The notes: generated from the sequence alone by a model not told the origin. Numbered from the stretch's first letter, positions 9,463 through 18,504 are shown. The stretch: 64,000 nucleotides of DNA from Candidatus Nanoarchaeia archaeon (GCA_030700155.1 JAUYJU010000027.1:5954-69953); one strand, 5' to 3'. Numbers and translations are program-made.

Positions 9463-9989
9463 CAGAAATTGAAAAAATAATAAATGAAGAAATTAAATTT
9501 GCTGAAGAAGATTTAAAGAAACAAAGGAAAGAATATGATACTAAACAATTACTATTACATCGCGGAGCTTTGCTTAATTTAAGAAATCCTTTAGACTTAA
9601 TTATTTCTACACTTGATGAAATAGATAGTTTCACTGAAAAGGGAATAGTTGTTTTAAATGAAGATTATGTAATAAAGGGTATGACAAGAACTGCAAGCAG
9701 AATTCTAGGTTATAGGCAAAAACATGGAAATCCTCCTTGTTTTGGAAAATTGTATACAGAATTACTTTACAAAGAAGATATTAGCGAATTTGAAAAAAGG
9801 GTAAGAGAAAGAGCAACTAGAATAAAAAGCAATTCAGATTTTGAGGAATATTTTATACAAAAAATAGTTGTTCCGCATAGGGATGGAAGCAGAGTCCATA
9901 TAAAAAGTAGGGTACTTGCTTACAAAGAAACAAGGATAAGGAGTTTATACGGTATAATCTTAGGTTGGAATAAAATAAAAATACGTTAA
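9459..9989 (+). CDS. Hypothetical protein
   Basis: 176-aa ORF overlapping the upstream gene by 4 nt. Confidence 0.35.
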   Translation: MTEIEKIINEEIKFAEEDLKKQRKEYDTKQLLLHRGALLNLRNPLDLIISTLDEIDSFTEKGIVVLNEDYVIKGMTRTASRILGYRQKHGNPPCFGKLYTELLYKEDISEFEKRVRERATRIKSNSDFEEYFIQKIVVPHRDGSRVHIKSRVLAYKETRIRSLYGIILGWNKIKIR

Positions 9990-10035
9990 TTAAAATAAAA
10001 AAGAAAGAACCTCTTTTTAGAAGTTCTCAAGAGAA

Positions 10036-10161
10036 TTATCTTCTTCTCTTTCTTCTAGTTTTCTTAGCTGCTGTCTTTCTCTTCTTGGAAGTTGAAGCCT
10101 TTCTTCTCCTTCTCTTAGTAGTTGTCTTCTTAGCAGCGGATTTTCTTCTTCTTTTAGCCAT
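10036..10161 (-). CDS. Very small poly-basic protein (MAKRRRKSAAKKTTTKRRRRKASTSKKRKTAAKKTRRKRRR); possibly eL41-like or a nucleic-acid-binding peptide
   Basis: 41 codons, not in the ORF track. It has an ATG start and a TAA stop, and is about 60% Arg/Lys. It lies in a 300-bp region that is otherwise non-coding. Confidence 0.35.
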   Translation of the reverse strand: MAKRRRKSAAKKTTTKRRRRKASTSKKRKTAAKKTRRKRRR

Positions 10162-10304
10162 TTTTCTTTTCACCCCGCCTAGGTTGTTTGAGTTTTAGTA
10201 CGTAAGTACTGTATTTGTGATGTGTCAACATATAGTTTTTTACACTATTATGACACTATATACTAGTATTTTTTATTTAAAAAGGTTTCTATTTTCAATT
10301 TTAG

Positions 10305-11093
10305 TTAAGTTTTCAGAAAAGTTTTTTGAAAGTTCATAAAAATATTTTTTTCAACTTCATCTTCAGTTAATTTTTTTATTTTTGCAATTGTTTTCAATGA
10401 ATTTCTTACAAAACTTGGTTCACTTCTATCTTCACCAGTGGGTGGAGCATAAGGTGAATCAGTTTCAGTAAATAACTGATTTAAACTAACTCTTTCAACG
10501 ATTAATTGAAATTGTTGAGATCTATCAACAACTGCAGGTATTGAAAAAAACCAACCATTATCTTCAATTCTCTTCACTAATTTTTGGTTTCCACTGAAAA
10601 AATGCATCACAATCTTCTTCAGTTTAGTAGTCTCAAGCAGATCAACAACATCTTTCTCAGCACCTCTAGAATGAACAATGATTGGAATTTTCAGTTTTTC
10701 AGCAAGTTGAGCAAATTTCATAAGATTTTCAGCTTGCTCTTTATTTTTATCTTTAACAAATTTGTAATCTATTCCAACTTCACCAATAGCTACAATATCT
10801 TTTTTATTCTTTTTAATAAACTCAATTTCATCGTCCAAATCTACTTTCTCTAATTCCCTGGTTATTCCAATAGCATCAGGATCTTGAATATTTAAGCCAT
10901 CTAAAGGATAAACCCCTAATGCTGCTTTTACGACATCAGGATATTTTTTAGCTAATTCTAAACAACTTCTATTTGTTGCAGGATTTAAACCATTATTAAC
11001 TACAACTACTTTATTTTTTCTGCATCTTTCTATGACTTTATCTAGATCAGGAAATCTTGGGTGGTTTAGATGAGCATGTACATCTACTAACAT
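10305..11093 (-). CDS. tatD: TatD-family metal-dependent hydrolase/DNase
   Basis: Starts MLVDVHAHLNHP, the TatD signature. 262 aa. Confidence 0.85.
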   Translation of the reverse strand: MLVDVHAHLNHPRFPDLDKVIERCRKNKVVVVNNGLNPATNRSCLELAKKYPDVVKAALGVYPLDGLNIQDPDAIGITRELEKVDLDDEIEFIKKNKKDIVAIGEVGIDYKFVKDKNKEQAENLMKFAQLAEKLKIPIIVHSRGAEKDVVDLLETTKLKKIVMHFFSGNQKLVKRIEDNGWFFSIPAVVDRSQQFQLIVERVSLNQLFTETDSPYAPPTGEDRSEPSFVRNSLKTIAKIKKLTEDEVEKNIFMNFQKTFLKT

Positions 11094-11094
11094 T

Positions 11095-12309
11095 TTACAC
11101 CAACATACTTATTAAAAATAAAAATGGTTTAGCTAAGAAGATTAATAATTTTATTATAAAAGGTAATAAGTTAATCATAATAAACATAAATCCTAAGAAG
11201 CTTACTACACCCCACAATCTATGAGCTTTTGTTTGATTATTTCTGCATAAAGTCAAAGCAAGTAAATAGAACATCTTTCCACCATCTAATGGACCAAGTG
11301 GCAATAAATTAAATAAACCAATACCTACATTTATTATAAATAACCAAAATGATAACATAGTAATCCATAAAACAAATTTAGGAATAAAAATACCATATTC
11401 TGCTTCAGCAGCTTCTTTTATTTTGGTGTTTATCTCAAAATCACTTACGCCCATATAACCTCTTGATTTATTTTTTTCATTTTCAACCAAGATTAAAGTA
11501 AAATCACCTTTATCCGTAATTAATTTAGTTTCGTCTCCAGGTTTTAATTCTGCAGTTGCTTTCAAAAAATCACTTGAATTTATTGTTTTGTATCCATTAA
11601 CTTCTTTCAATATTAAAGGTGCCTCCAAGCCCATAATGTCAGCAGGACTTCCATCGACAATTTGTTTTATTTTTATTCCATCAGCTTCATAAAATTTATC
11701 CATTAAAGGATTAAATGCAAAATTCAATAACAATAAGAAAACTACGCCCATAACTAAATTAGAAAAAGCACCAGCAGATAATACTGCTAATTGCTGCATC
11801 TTTTTTTTCTTAAACATCTGTTTTTCATCAGGCTCAACAAAAGCCCCTAAAATTGGTCCAAACAAGACAAATCCTGAGCTTTTTACTTTTATCCCATATA
11901 ACCTAGCAAATATCCCATGCGAAAACTCATGTACTGCAGCTACAAGAAAGATTCCTATAACCCAGTGCCAAAAAGAAAGCGCAGGCAATCCCGGAACATT
12001 TATTCCAGGTAAGACTGGTGCTACAGCAGGCATAGAATCAGGAACAAACAAAAGGTTAAAAGTTCCTTTCAATAACCACCAAAAAATAAAACCCATACCA
12101 GCAAATCCGAATATTACGCTAATAACACCCAAAAATTTCCAAACAGGAGGAAGAATCTTAGCCAATCTATCCATGGCATTCAATCCAAGTTTAGTTCTAT
12201 AAAGCGCAATTATTTTTCCCTGAAATTGAAAATCTTTTTTGTTTCGAAGTATAAATAATAGAATTAAACCATAGAAGATTACTGCAAATATTAAATCATA
12301 GTTCACCAT
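11095..12309 (-). CDS. Site-2 protease (M50 family intramembrane zinc metalloprotease) with a PDZ domain
   Basis: Has the HEFSHGIFARLYG HExxH motif in a transmembrane context, multiple hydrophobic segments and a PDZ-like middle region. The ORF-track start at 12375 overlaps the L40e gene. MVNYDLIF at 12309 is the more likely start. Confidence 0.75.
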   Translation of the reverse strand: MVNYDLIFAVIFYGLILLFILRNKKDFQFQGKIIALYRTKLGLNAMDRLAKILPPVWKFLGVISVIFGFAGMGFIFWWLLKGTFNLLFVPDSMPAVAPVLPGINVPGLPALSFWHWVIGIFLVAAVHEFSHGIFARLYGIKVKSSGFVLFGPILGAFVEPDEKQMFKKKKMQQLAVLSAGAFSNLVMGVVFLLLLNFAFNPLMDKFYEADGIKIKQIVDGSPADIMGLEAPLILKEVNGYKTINSSDFLKATAELKPGDETKLITDKGDFTLILVENEKNKSRGYMGVSDFEINTKIKEAAEAEYGIFIPKFVLWITMLSFWLFIINVGIGLFNLLPLGPLDGGKMFYLLALTLCRNNQTKAHRLWGVVSFLGFMFIMINLLPFIIKLLIFLAKPFLFLISMLV

Positions 12310-12331
12310 CTTTTTTTTACCTAAATTAACT

Positions 12332-12499
12332 TTATGTCTTAGCCTTACGTACCGGTCTGAAAACTTTTGCTCCACAACCTCTGCAAATCAAGAGTTTTAG
12401 ATTTATTTTTCGAGCTGTACTCTTCATTTTTTTCTTGCATTTCCTACATACAAAAATATTTCTGTACATTCTCGCTGATGCTTCTGGAAATTTTACCAT
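12332..12499 (-). CDS. rpl40e: 50S ribosomal protein L40e
   Basis: Not in the ORF track. The translation MVKFPEASARMYRNIFVCRKCKKKMKSTAREINLKLLICRGCGAKVFRPVRKAKT matches the archaeal L40e pattern (MxxFPEAxxRxF...C-x2-C...C-x2-C). Confidence 0.75.
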   Translation of the reverse strand: MVKFPEASARMYRNIFVCRKCKKKMKSTARKINLKLLICRGCGAKVFRPVRKAKT

Positions 12500-12500
12500 T

Positions 12501-12890
12501 TTACTTTGTTTGTTTCATTATTCTTTCGTCAAGCATTATCCAATACATTATCTGCATTCCTTCTTTTACTTGACCTTTTAATTCTTCAGGAATCTCCAAA
12601 TCAAATGTCTCATAAGTCTTCATATCCATTACCGTAGCTTTATCTCCAGCAACCGAAACAACTTGAGCAGTTTCCTTTTCGATCATAGGAACATCAACAT
12701 TATCGTGGCTAGGGATGATCTTGATAGTTTTTTGACCGTCTTTAATAGACACGGCTTCTATCCTGCATTTAGTTCCGCCGTGTTTACCTGGTTTAGAAAT
12801 TTGTATTGATTTAACAATACAAGCTTTATCATCAAAAACTACATACTTTCCAGGCTTTAATGTACCTGCTTCTACTAGTGTGGTTGACAT
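12501..12890 (-). CDS. eif5a: Translation initiation factor 5A (aIF5A)
   Basis: 129 aa with the hypusine-loop motif SKPGKHGGTK and the overall IF5A pattern. Confidence 0.85.
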   Translation of the reverse strand: MSTTLVEAGTLKPGKYVVFDDKACIVKSIQISKPGKHGGTKCRIEAVSIKDGQKTIKIIPSHDNVDVPMIEKETAQVVSVAGDKATVMDMKTYETFDLEIPEELKGQVKEGMQIMYWIMLDERIMKQTK

Positions 12891-12928
12891 AGTATAAAGA
12901 AAATATAGACTCTTTATAAAGATTATGC

Positions 12929-13213
12929 TTATCTTTTTTTATTTCTTTTAACTGCTTTCTTTTGTTTTTCAGTTGCTTTTGAAATAGTAGTACTTCTAAT
13001 TAAATTATCCTGCACAACTCTTTCAAGATAATTTAATTTTACATTTATATTAAATAATTGCTTGGAGATATTAGCAATTGCAACCCACAACTGAGCATTA
13101 GCAGGATCTTTAGAATATCTAAAAGAACCACGGTACTTCATAGTTTCTCTTAATTGAGCTTCAAGGTGTGTTCTTAAAAACGGATCTATATTGTCTCTCC
13201 AATTTCGTTTCAT
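12929..13213 (-). CDS. Hypothetical protein
   Basis: 94-aa basic ORF. Confidence 0.3.
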   Translation of the reverse strand: MKRNWRDNIDPFLRTHLEAQLRETMKYRGSFRYSKDPANAQLWVAIANISKQLFNINVKLNYLERVVQDNLIRSTTISKATEKQKKAVKRNKKR

Positions 13214-13317
13214 ATATTAAATGGGAGATAAAGATTTTATAATGATTTCTATTTTAAAGTAGTTACATAAATAGTAGTAGGCAAACTTTTAAATAGGCTT
13301 TAGCTTCAAATCAAACC

Positions 13318-13980
13318 ATGGCAATAAAAAAAGGAGACTTCATTGAAGTGGATTACATAGGTAAACTTCTTGATTCAAATGAAATATTTGATTTAACTAA
13401 AGAAGAAGACGCTAAAAAAAATAAAGTGCACAATCCAAGAGCAAAATATGGTTCTAAGAAAGTTTGTGTTGGAGAAGGACAGTTAGTCAATGGTTTGGAT
13501 GAAGCTTTTATTGGAAAGGATTTAGATAAAATTTACAATATAGAATTAACTCCTGAAAAAGCTTTTGGGAAAAAAGATGCAAAGCTTATGAAGATAGTTC
13601 CAACAAATATTTTTACTAAACAGAATATAAGACCTATGCCAGGATTACAAGTTAATATCGATAATTCAATTGGAACTATAAAAACCGTTTCGGGTGGAAG
13701 GACAATTGTAGATTTTAATCATCCCCTAGCAGGAAGAGATGTAAAATATGAATTCAAAATAACAAAAATAATTAAAGATGATAAAGAAAAAATTGAAACT
13801 TTGATTAATCCGATAACCAACATGTTGAATATAACTCCTGAAATAGAGGTTAAAGAAGGCAATGCAAAAATAAAAACTCATATGAAAGACCTTTTTGAAA
13901 AAACCTTCAAAGAAAAAATTACAAAACTTATACCTTCTGTTAAAAAAGTAGCTTTTGAGGAAATATCTGCTAAAGTATAA
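13318..13980 (+). CDS. FKBP-type peptidyl-prolyl cis-trans isomerase (SlyD-like)
   Basis: Starts MAIKKGDFIEVDYIGKLLDSNEIFD, the FKBP signature, with a long insert-flap/C-terminal domain as in archaeal FKBPs. Confidence 0.8.
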   Translation: MAIKKGDFIEVDYIGKLLDSNEIFDLTKEEDAKKNKVHNPRAKYGSKKVCVGEGQLVNGLDEAFIGKDLDKIYNIELTPEKAFGKKDAKLMKIVPTNIFTKQNIRPMPGLQVNIDNSIGTIKTVSGGRTIVDFNHPLAGRDVKYEFKITKIIKDDKEKIETLINPITNMLNITPEIEVKEGNAKIKTHMKDLFEKTFKEKITKLIPSVKKVAFEEISAKV

Positions 13981-14032
13981 TTAAGTTTAAATACCTAGGT
14001 TGCTATCTTTCTACCATTCAAAAGAGGTCACA

Positions 14033-15142
14033 ATGGATTCTATTATACAACAAGCAATTGACAGAAGAGCACAAGAAGCTCCTAAAAGAGATTACAATCC
14101 TATTGATGATGAATTAGAGCAGTTACTTTCTAAACAAACAGCTAGAATCAAAGTAGTTGGGGCAGGTGGAGCAGGCAATAACACTATTGATAGGATAGCT
14201 GAAGTAGGCGTAATTGGTTGTGAAACCGTAGCTGTTAACACAGATGCTCAAGATTTACTATACACTAAAGCCGATGTTAAAATTTTAATAGGAAAAGAAT
14301 CAACTCGTGGATTGGGTGCAGGTTCAATTCCTCAAGTAGGAGAGGAAGCTGCCCGTGAAACAGAACACGAAATCAAAAGTAAACTTGCAGGGGCAGATAT
14401 GGTTTTCATCACTTGCGGTTTAGGCGGGGGTACAGGAACAGGTTCAGCACCAGTTATAGCTGAAGCAGCAAAGAAAAATGGTTCTTTAGTTGTAGGTATT
14501 GTTACAATTCCATTTAGCATGGAAGGTAAAAGAAGATTTGAAAACGCTATGATTGGTTTAGAAAAATTAGAAAACATTGTTGATACTTTAATAGTAATTC
14601 CAAATGATAAATTATTAGAATTAGCACCAGATTTACCATTACATACTGCATTCAAAGTTGCAGATGAAATTTTAACAAACGCAGTAAAGGGTATCGCAGA
14701 ATTAGTAACTAAATCTGGACTAGTTAACAGAGATTTCGCAGACGTAAGAACAGTAATGGGTAAAGGTGGGGTTGCTATGATTGGAGTTGGAGAAGCTGAC
14801 TCTGAAAACAGAGCAGTTGAAGCTGTTCAAAAAGCTATTCACAATCCATTATTAGATGTGGACATATCAGGAGCTAATGGGGCATTGGTAAATATTTCCG
14901 GTGGTTCTGACATGACTTTAGACGAAGCTAAGAAAGTAGTAGAAACAATTTCTGAAAAGTTAGACGAAGACGCAAGATTATTATGGGGAGCACAAATCTC
15001 AGAAGACTTAGGCAACACTATGAGGGTAATGCTTATAGTAACTGGAGTTTCAAGTCCTCAAATCTTCGGACCTAAACGTAAGATGGCTCAAAAAGCTACA
15101 CAAGAAATAGAACAGGAATTAGGAATAGAATTTATACGCTAA
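14033..15142 (+). CDS. ftsZ: Cell division GTPase FtsZ
   Basis: Has the GGGTGTG tubulin signature and VVGAGGAGNN. The likely start is MDSIIQQ at 14033. Confidence 0.9.
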   Translation: MDSIIQQAIDRRAQEAPKRDYNPIDDELEQLLSKQTARIKVVGAGGAGNNTIDRIAEVGVIGCETVAVNTDAQDLLYTKADVKILIGKESTRGLGAGSIPQVGEEAARETEHEIKSKLAGADMVFITCGLGGGTGTGSAPVIAEAAKKNGSLVVGIVTIPFSMEGKRRFENAMIGLEKLENIVDTLIVIPNDKLLELAPDLPLHTAFKVADEILTNAVKGIAELVTKSGLVNRDFADVRTVMGKGGVAMIGVGEADSENRAVEAVQKAIHNPLLDVDISGANGALVNISGGSDMTLDEAKKVVETISEKLDEDARLLWGAQISEDLGNTMRVMLIVTGVSSPQIFGPKRKMAQKATQEIEQELGIEFIR

Positions 15143-15443
15143 CTTCAAATTTCTTTGGTTCACCTTTAACATAAACTGCCCTAACCGTTGAAGACATAAG
15201 TTCTCCAAATCTATTATGTGCTTTAGTTACTAAAACTTCTCTGTAACCTACTGTATTATTATAATAGTTATGTAGTTCTTCATCTGTAGATAAAGCTAAC
15301 CTCATTCCAGGATCAATCCTGCTTACTAAATGGTAATTAGAAACACGGGACCAACCCTCACTTTCAAGTTTAAGTTCAAAATCAGACTTTTTAGAAGGTC
15401 TTTTTTTTTCCATATCTAGAAACATTTGTGCAAACGGATTCAT
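15132..15443 (-). CDS. Hypothetical protein
   Basis: 103-aa ORF. Confidence 0.3.
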   Translation of the reverse strand: MNPFAQMFLDMEKKRPSKKSDFELKLESEGWSRVSNYHLVSRIDPGMRLALSTDEELHNYYNNTVGYREVLVTKAHNRFGELMSSTVRAVYVKGEPKKFEVSV

Positions 15444-15564
15444 ACTATCACCATATTACTTCTATATTTTCAATCTATTTAAACATTATTAAGTTCTAAC
15501 ACCTATTTTAAGCCAAAAAAAGCCTAAGAGAAACCTTTTTAAAGCCATTTTCTACTGAAAACCT

Positions 15565-15735
15565 ATGTTTACTAAATTAAAAAGCTTTATTAGCAAGTGC
15601 ACTAGAGTATTCAAGATTACTAAGAAGCCTAGCGGTAGCGAGTTCAAAGCTATAGTCAAGGTTTCTGGTCTAGGCATCCTTATTATAGGACTAATAGGTT
15701 TTATTATCCACATTGCGTGGCAATTAATGATATAA
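15565..15735 (+). CDS. secE: Protein translocase subunit SecE (Sec61 gamma)
   Basis: Not in the ORF track. The 56-aa translation MFTKLKSFISKCTRVFKITKKPSGSEFKAIVKVSGLGILIIGLIGFIIHIAWQLMI has a single C-terminal transmembrane segment. It sits immediately upstream of spt5 and rpl11, the conserved SecE-NusG-L11 order. Confidence 0.7.
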   Translation: MFTKLKSFISKCTRVFKITKKPSGSEFKAIVKVSGLGILIIGLIGFIIHIAWQLMI

Positions 15736-15736
15736 A

Positions 15737-16204
15737 ATGGCAATATTCGCACTAAGAACAACGGCAAACAGGGAAGATCAAGTAATAGATTTTATACAAT
15801 CTAATGCTCAAAAGAAAGGTCTTCAAGTTTACTCCTTAATAAGAGCTCACGGCATGAGGGGTTACATTTTTATAGAAGCAGAAAGCAAGCAAATTGCTGA
15901 AGATGCATATCATGGAGTACCATACGCTCGCGGATTGCTTCCAGCACCGGTAGATTATAAAGAAATTGAACACATGCTTGAACAGGTTAAGGTTCAGGTT
16001 AATATTCAAAAGAATGATATTGTTGAAATTATTTCAGGTCCATTCAAGAGAGAAAAAGCAAAGGTTACAAGAATAGACCAAACAAAAGAAGAAGTGGTTG
16101 TAGAATTACTTGAAGCAGCGGTTCCAATCCCAATCACTGTAAAATTGGATTCTGTTAAAGTGATTAGAAGAGATACTGGCGAGGGAACAGAAACAAATGA
16201 GTAA
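15737..16204 (+). CDS. spt5: Transcription elongation factor Spt5 (NusG homolog)
   Basis: 155 aa with an NGN domain and a KOW motif. Conserved position between secE and rpl11. Confidence 0.85.
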   Translation: MAIFALRTTANREDQVIDFIQSNAQKKGLQVYSLIRAHGMRGYIFIEAESKQIAEDAYHGVPYARGLLPAPVDYKEIEHMLEQVKVQVNIQKNDIVEIISGPFKREKAKVTRIDQTKEEVVVELLEAAVPIPITVKLDSVKVIRRDTGEGTETNE

Positions 16205-16949
16205 AAAAGAAAAAATTGAAATGATGGTTGAAGGTGGAAAAGCAACACCAGGTCCAGAGATGGGACAAAAATTAGGACCACTTAAGATTCCCATTCCTAA
16301 TATTTTAAAAGATATTAATGCAAAAACTGAAGCTTTCAAAGGTGTGAAGGTTCCAGTTAAATTAATTATTGATACTGAAACAAAAGAGTACACTATTGAG
16401 GTTGGTACACCTCCTGTTTCTGAACTCATTAAAAAAGAACTTAGTTTAGAAAAAGGTTCAAGTACGGCAAACAAAATGAAGATTGCTAACATAGGTATTG
16501 AAACTTTAATAAAAATTTCAAAGATGAAAATGGATTCAATGTACACTGATAAAATAAAATCAGCAGTAAAAACTGTTGCAGGGTCTTGCAACTCAATGGG
16601 AATTTTAGTAGAAGGTAAACTTTCGTCAGAGTTCAACAAAGATTTAGAATCTGGTAAATATAATAAAGAATTACAAGAACAAAAAACAGAAATCTCTCCT
16701 GAAAAAGCAGCTATATTAAAAGAACAATTAACAGCTGCCCAGGAAGAATTAAGAAAGCAAGCTGAAAAATTAGCAGCTGAAGAAGCAGCTAAAGCAGCTG
16801 CAGCTGCACCAGTTAAAGTTGAAGGTGCAGAAGGTGAAGCAGCACCTGCAGCAGCAGAAGGAGAAAAGAAACCTGATGAAAAAGCAGCTGCAAAAGAAAA
16901 AGTAGCTGCAAAACCAGAAGCTAAGAAAGAAGAAAAACCTAAAAAATAA
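16197..16949 (+). CDS. rpl11: 50S ribosomal protein L11 with an Ala/Lys/Glu-rich C-terminal extension
   Basis: The N-terminal roughly 160 aa carry the L11 signature (GPLKIP, the PPVS region). A tail of about 80 aa (AAKAAAAAPVKVEGAEGE...KKEEKPKK) follows. Confidence 0.85.
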   Translation: MSKKEKIEMMVEGGKATPGPEMGQKLGPLKIPIPNILKDINAKTEAFKGVKVPVKLIIDTETKEYTIEVGTPPVSELIKKELSLEKGSSTANKMKIANIGIETLIKISKMKMDSMYTDKIKSAVKTVAGSCNSMGILVEGKLSSEFNKDLESGKYNKELQEQKTEISPEKAAILKEQLTAAQEELRKQAEKLAAEEAAKAAAAAPVKVEGAEGEAAPAAAEGEKKPDEKAAAKEKVAAKPEAKKEEKPKK

Positions 16950-16993
16950 CCCGAAAACTTTATAATCACACACTCCAGCCTTTAAAGAACTAA

Positions 16994-17068
16994 GGGGCTG
17001 TGGTGTAGCTTGGACTAGCATTTAAGGTTTGGGACCTTACGACCCCAGTTCAAATCTGGGCAGCCCCA
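16994..17068 (+). tRNA. tRNA-Pro (anticodon UGG)
   Basis: Manual fold gives a 7-bp acceptor stem, a perfect TΨC arm (CCCAG/TTCAAAT/CTGGG) and an anticodon stem TAAGG/CCTTA with loop TTTGGGA. The D-arm pairing is imperfect. CCA is not encoded. Confidence 0.85.
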
Positions 17069-17080
17069 TACAACAAAACA

Positions 17081-17293
17081 ATGGCAATTAAAAAGAAAGG
17101 ATCCGGAAGAAGATTTGGAGCAAGATATGGTAAGAAACTTCGTGATAAAGTTTCTGAGATAGAAAAAAAATATAAAAACAGAAGATTAACTTGTCCTTAT
17201 TGTACTAAACAACAAGTGAAGAGATTATCTTCAGGTATTTGGAATTGCAAGGCTTGTGAAACAAAATTCACAGGTAAAGCTTACGAGATATAA
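17081..17293 (+). CDS. rpl37ae: 50S ribosomal protein L37ae (eL43)
   Basis: Has GRRFGARYG and a C-x2-C...C-x2-C zinc ribbon. Confidence 0.85.
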   Translation: MAIKKKGSGRRFGARYGKKLRDKVSEIEKKYKNRRLTCPYCTKQQVKRLSSGIWNCKACETKFTGKAYEI

Positions 17294-17294
17294 A

Positions 17295-17432
17295 ATGACT
17301 CAATACAAATGTTTCGATTGTGGGAAAAAAATAAAAGATGAATATATCAAAAAGAGAGTAAGGTGCCCTTATTGTGGTTCTAAGATTTTGTTCAAACCAA
17401 GAACAGTATCTACTAAGGTTAAAGCAAGATGA
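17295..17432 (+). CDS. rpoP: DNA-directed RNA polymerase subunit P (Rpo12/RpoP)
   Basis: Not in the ORF track. The 45-aa translation MTQYKCFDCGKKIKDEYIKKRVRCPYCGSKILFKPR has the zinc ribbon of this subunit. The L37ae-RpoP order is conserved in archaea. Confidence 0.7.
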   Translation: MTQYKCFDCGKKIKDEYIKKRVRCPYCGSKILFKPRTVSTKVKAR

Positions 17433-17767
17433 CTCAAAAAATAAATAGAGAAACAGAACAAAATATTGCTCAACTACAATTAATGGAGCAAAACATTACA
17501 CAGTTAATGATGCAACGCCAGGCATTTCAAGGCCAATTACTTGAGATAGAAAATGCTATTAAAGAAATAGGACAAGCATCCGGTCAATCTTACAAGATTA
17601 TTGGTAATGTCATGGTTGCCTCTTCAAAAGAAGATCTAAAAAAGGATTTAGAAGAAAAGAAAGAAATGTTTGAATTAAGGATAAAAAATTATGAAAAGCA
17701 GGAAAAAACAATAAAAGAAAAGGCAGAGGAATTACAAGCGTCTGTTCTTAAGGAATTAAAGAAATGA
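17429..17767 (+). CDS. pfdB: Prefoldin beta subunit
   Basis: 112-aa coiled-coil protein with a central beta-hairpin region (YKIIGNVMV). Confidence 0.75.
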   Translation: MTQKINRETEQNIAQLQLMEQNITQLMMQRQAFQGQLLEIENAIKEIGQASGQSYKIIGNVMVASSKEDLKKDLEEKKEMFELRIKNYEKQEKTIKEKAEELQASVLKELKK

Positions 17768-17776
17768 GGTGTTTAC

Positions 17777-18016
17777 ATGGAAGACATAATATCAAACTTA
17801 AAGATAATAGAAGAAGATAATACGGTCCCTAGGAACGTTCGTTCTAAAATAAAATCAGCAATTTTAGCGCTAGAAGAACCTAATGGAAAAGAACCTAAGG
17901 TAAAAATCGATAAAGCCCTACAAGAGCTGGATGACTTATCAGATGATCCTAACTTACCTAGCTACACCAGAACTCAAATATGGAATGTGGTAAGCACACT
18001 GGAGAGTATAGCATAG
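17777..18016 (+). CDS. UPF0147-family small protein
   Basis: 79-aa helical protein in the conserved position after prefoldin. Family assignment is from memory. Confidence 0.45.
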   Translation: MEDIISNLKIIEEDNTVPRNVRSKIKSAILALEEPNGKEPKVKIDKALQELDDLSDDPNLPSYTRTQIWNVVSTLESIA

Positions 18017-18074
18017 AAAGCAGAAATATTTATATAGGAATACCATTGTATAATAATAAAAAACGGAGGCTTAA

Positions 18075-18473
18075 ATGGCATTTTTATCGCGTCTAAAAGA
18101 CAGATTGGGTTTCGGAAGTTCTAGAGACTACTACGAAGAAGATTATAGCCCTACAGAAGAATATATTGAAATTGATACCGGAAAAGACTCCAAAAAATCA
18201 AAGATAATGATTAAGCCATTTGTAATTGAAGATTTCTCAGATGTTAAAGATACTTTAGATGCATTAAGAGAGGGTTATACCATAGCCTTAATTAATATTA
18301 AACCTTTAAAAGATAAGGATATCATTGAACTAAAAAGAGCAATTAACAAAATTAAGAAAACTTGTGATGCTATAGAGGGTGACATAGCTGGTTTTGGAGA
18401 AGACTGGATTGTTGTTACGCCTTCATTCGCTCAGGTTTACAGGAATACTCAGACAGAAGAGTTGAAAGAGTAA
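18075..18473 (+). CDS. sepF: Cell division protein SepF (FtsZ membrane anchor)
   Basis: The C-terminal domain matches the SepF/DUF552 pattern (IKPFVIEDFSDVKDTLDALREGYTIALINIKPLKDKD...GDIAGFGEDWIVVTP). Confidence 0.7.
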   Translation: MAFLSRLKDRLGFGSSRDYYEEDYSPTEEYIEIDTGKDSKKSKIMIKPFVIEDFSDVKDTLDALREGYTIALINIKPLKDKDIIELKRAINKIKKTCDAIEGDIAGFGEDWIVVTPSFAQVYRNTQTEELKE

Positions 18474-18504
18474 GCTTTTTAAATTCTTTTCCTATTGATT
18501 AGTT

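Noticed and set aside
10584-10853. 89-aa plus-strand ORF
   Set aside because: Inside tatD on the opposite strand, with AT-rich low-complexity translation.
12367-12573. 68-aa plus-strand ORF
   Set aside because: Antisense to the newly recognised L40e gene and to aIF5A.
14332-14655. 107-aa minus-strand ORF
   Set aside because: Antisense to ftsZ (the Gly/Ala-rich region read backwards).
16106-17021. Two minus-strand ORFs (287 aa and 83 aa) with Ala/Ser/Phe low-complexity sequence
   Set aside because: Antisense to rpl11 and its Ala/Lys-rich tail. No independent support.
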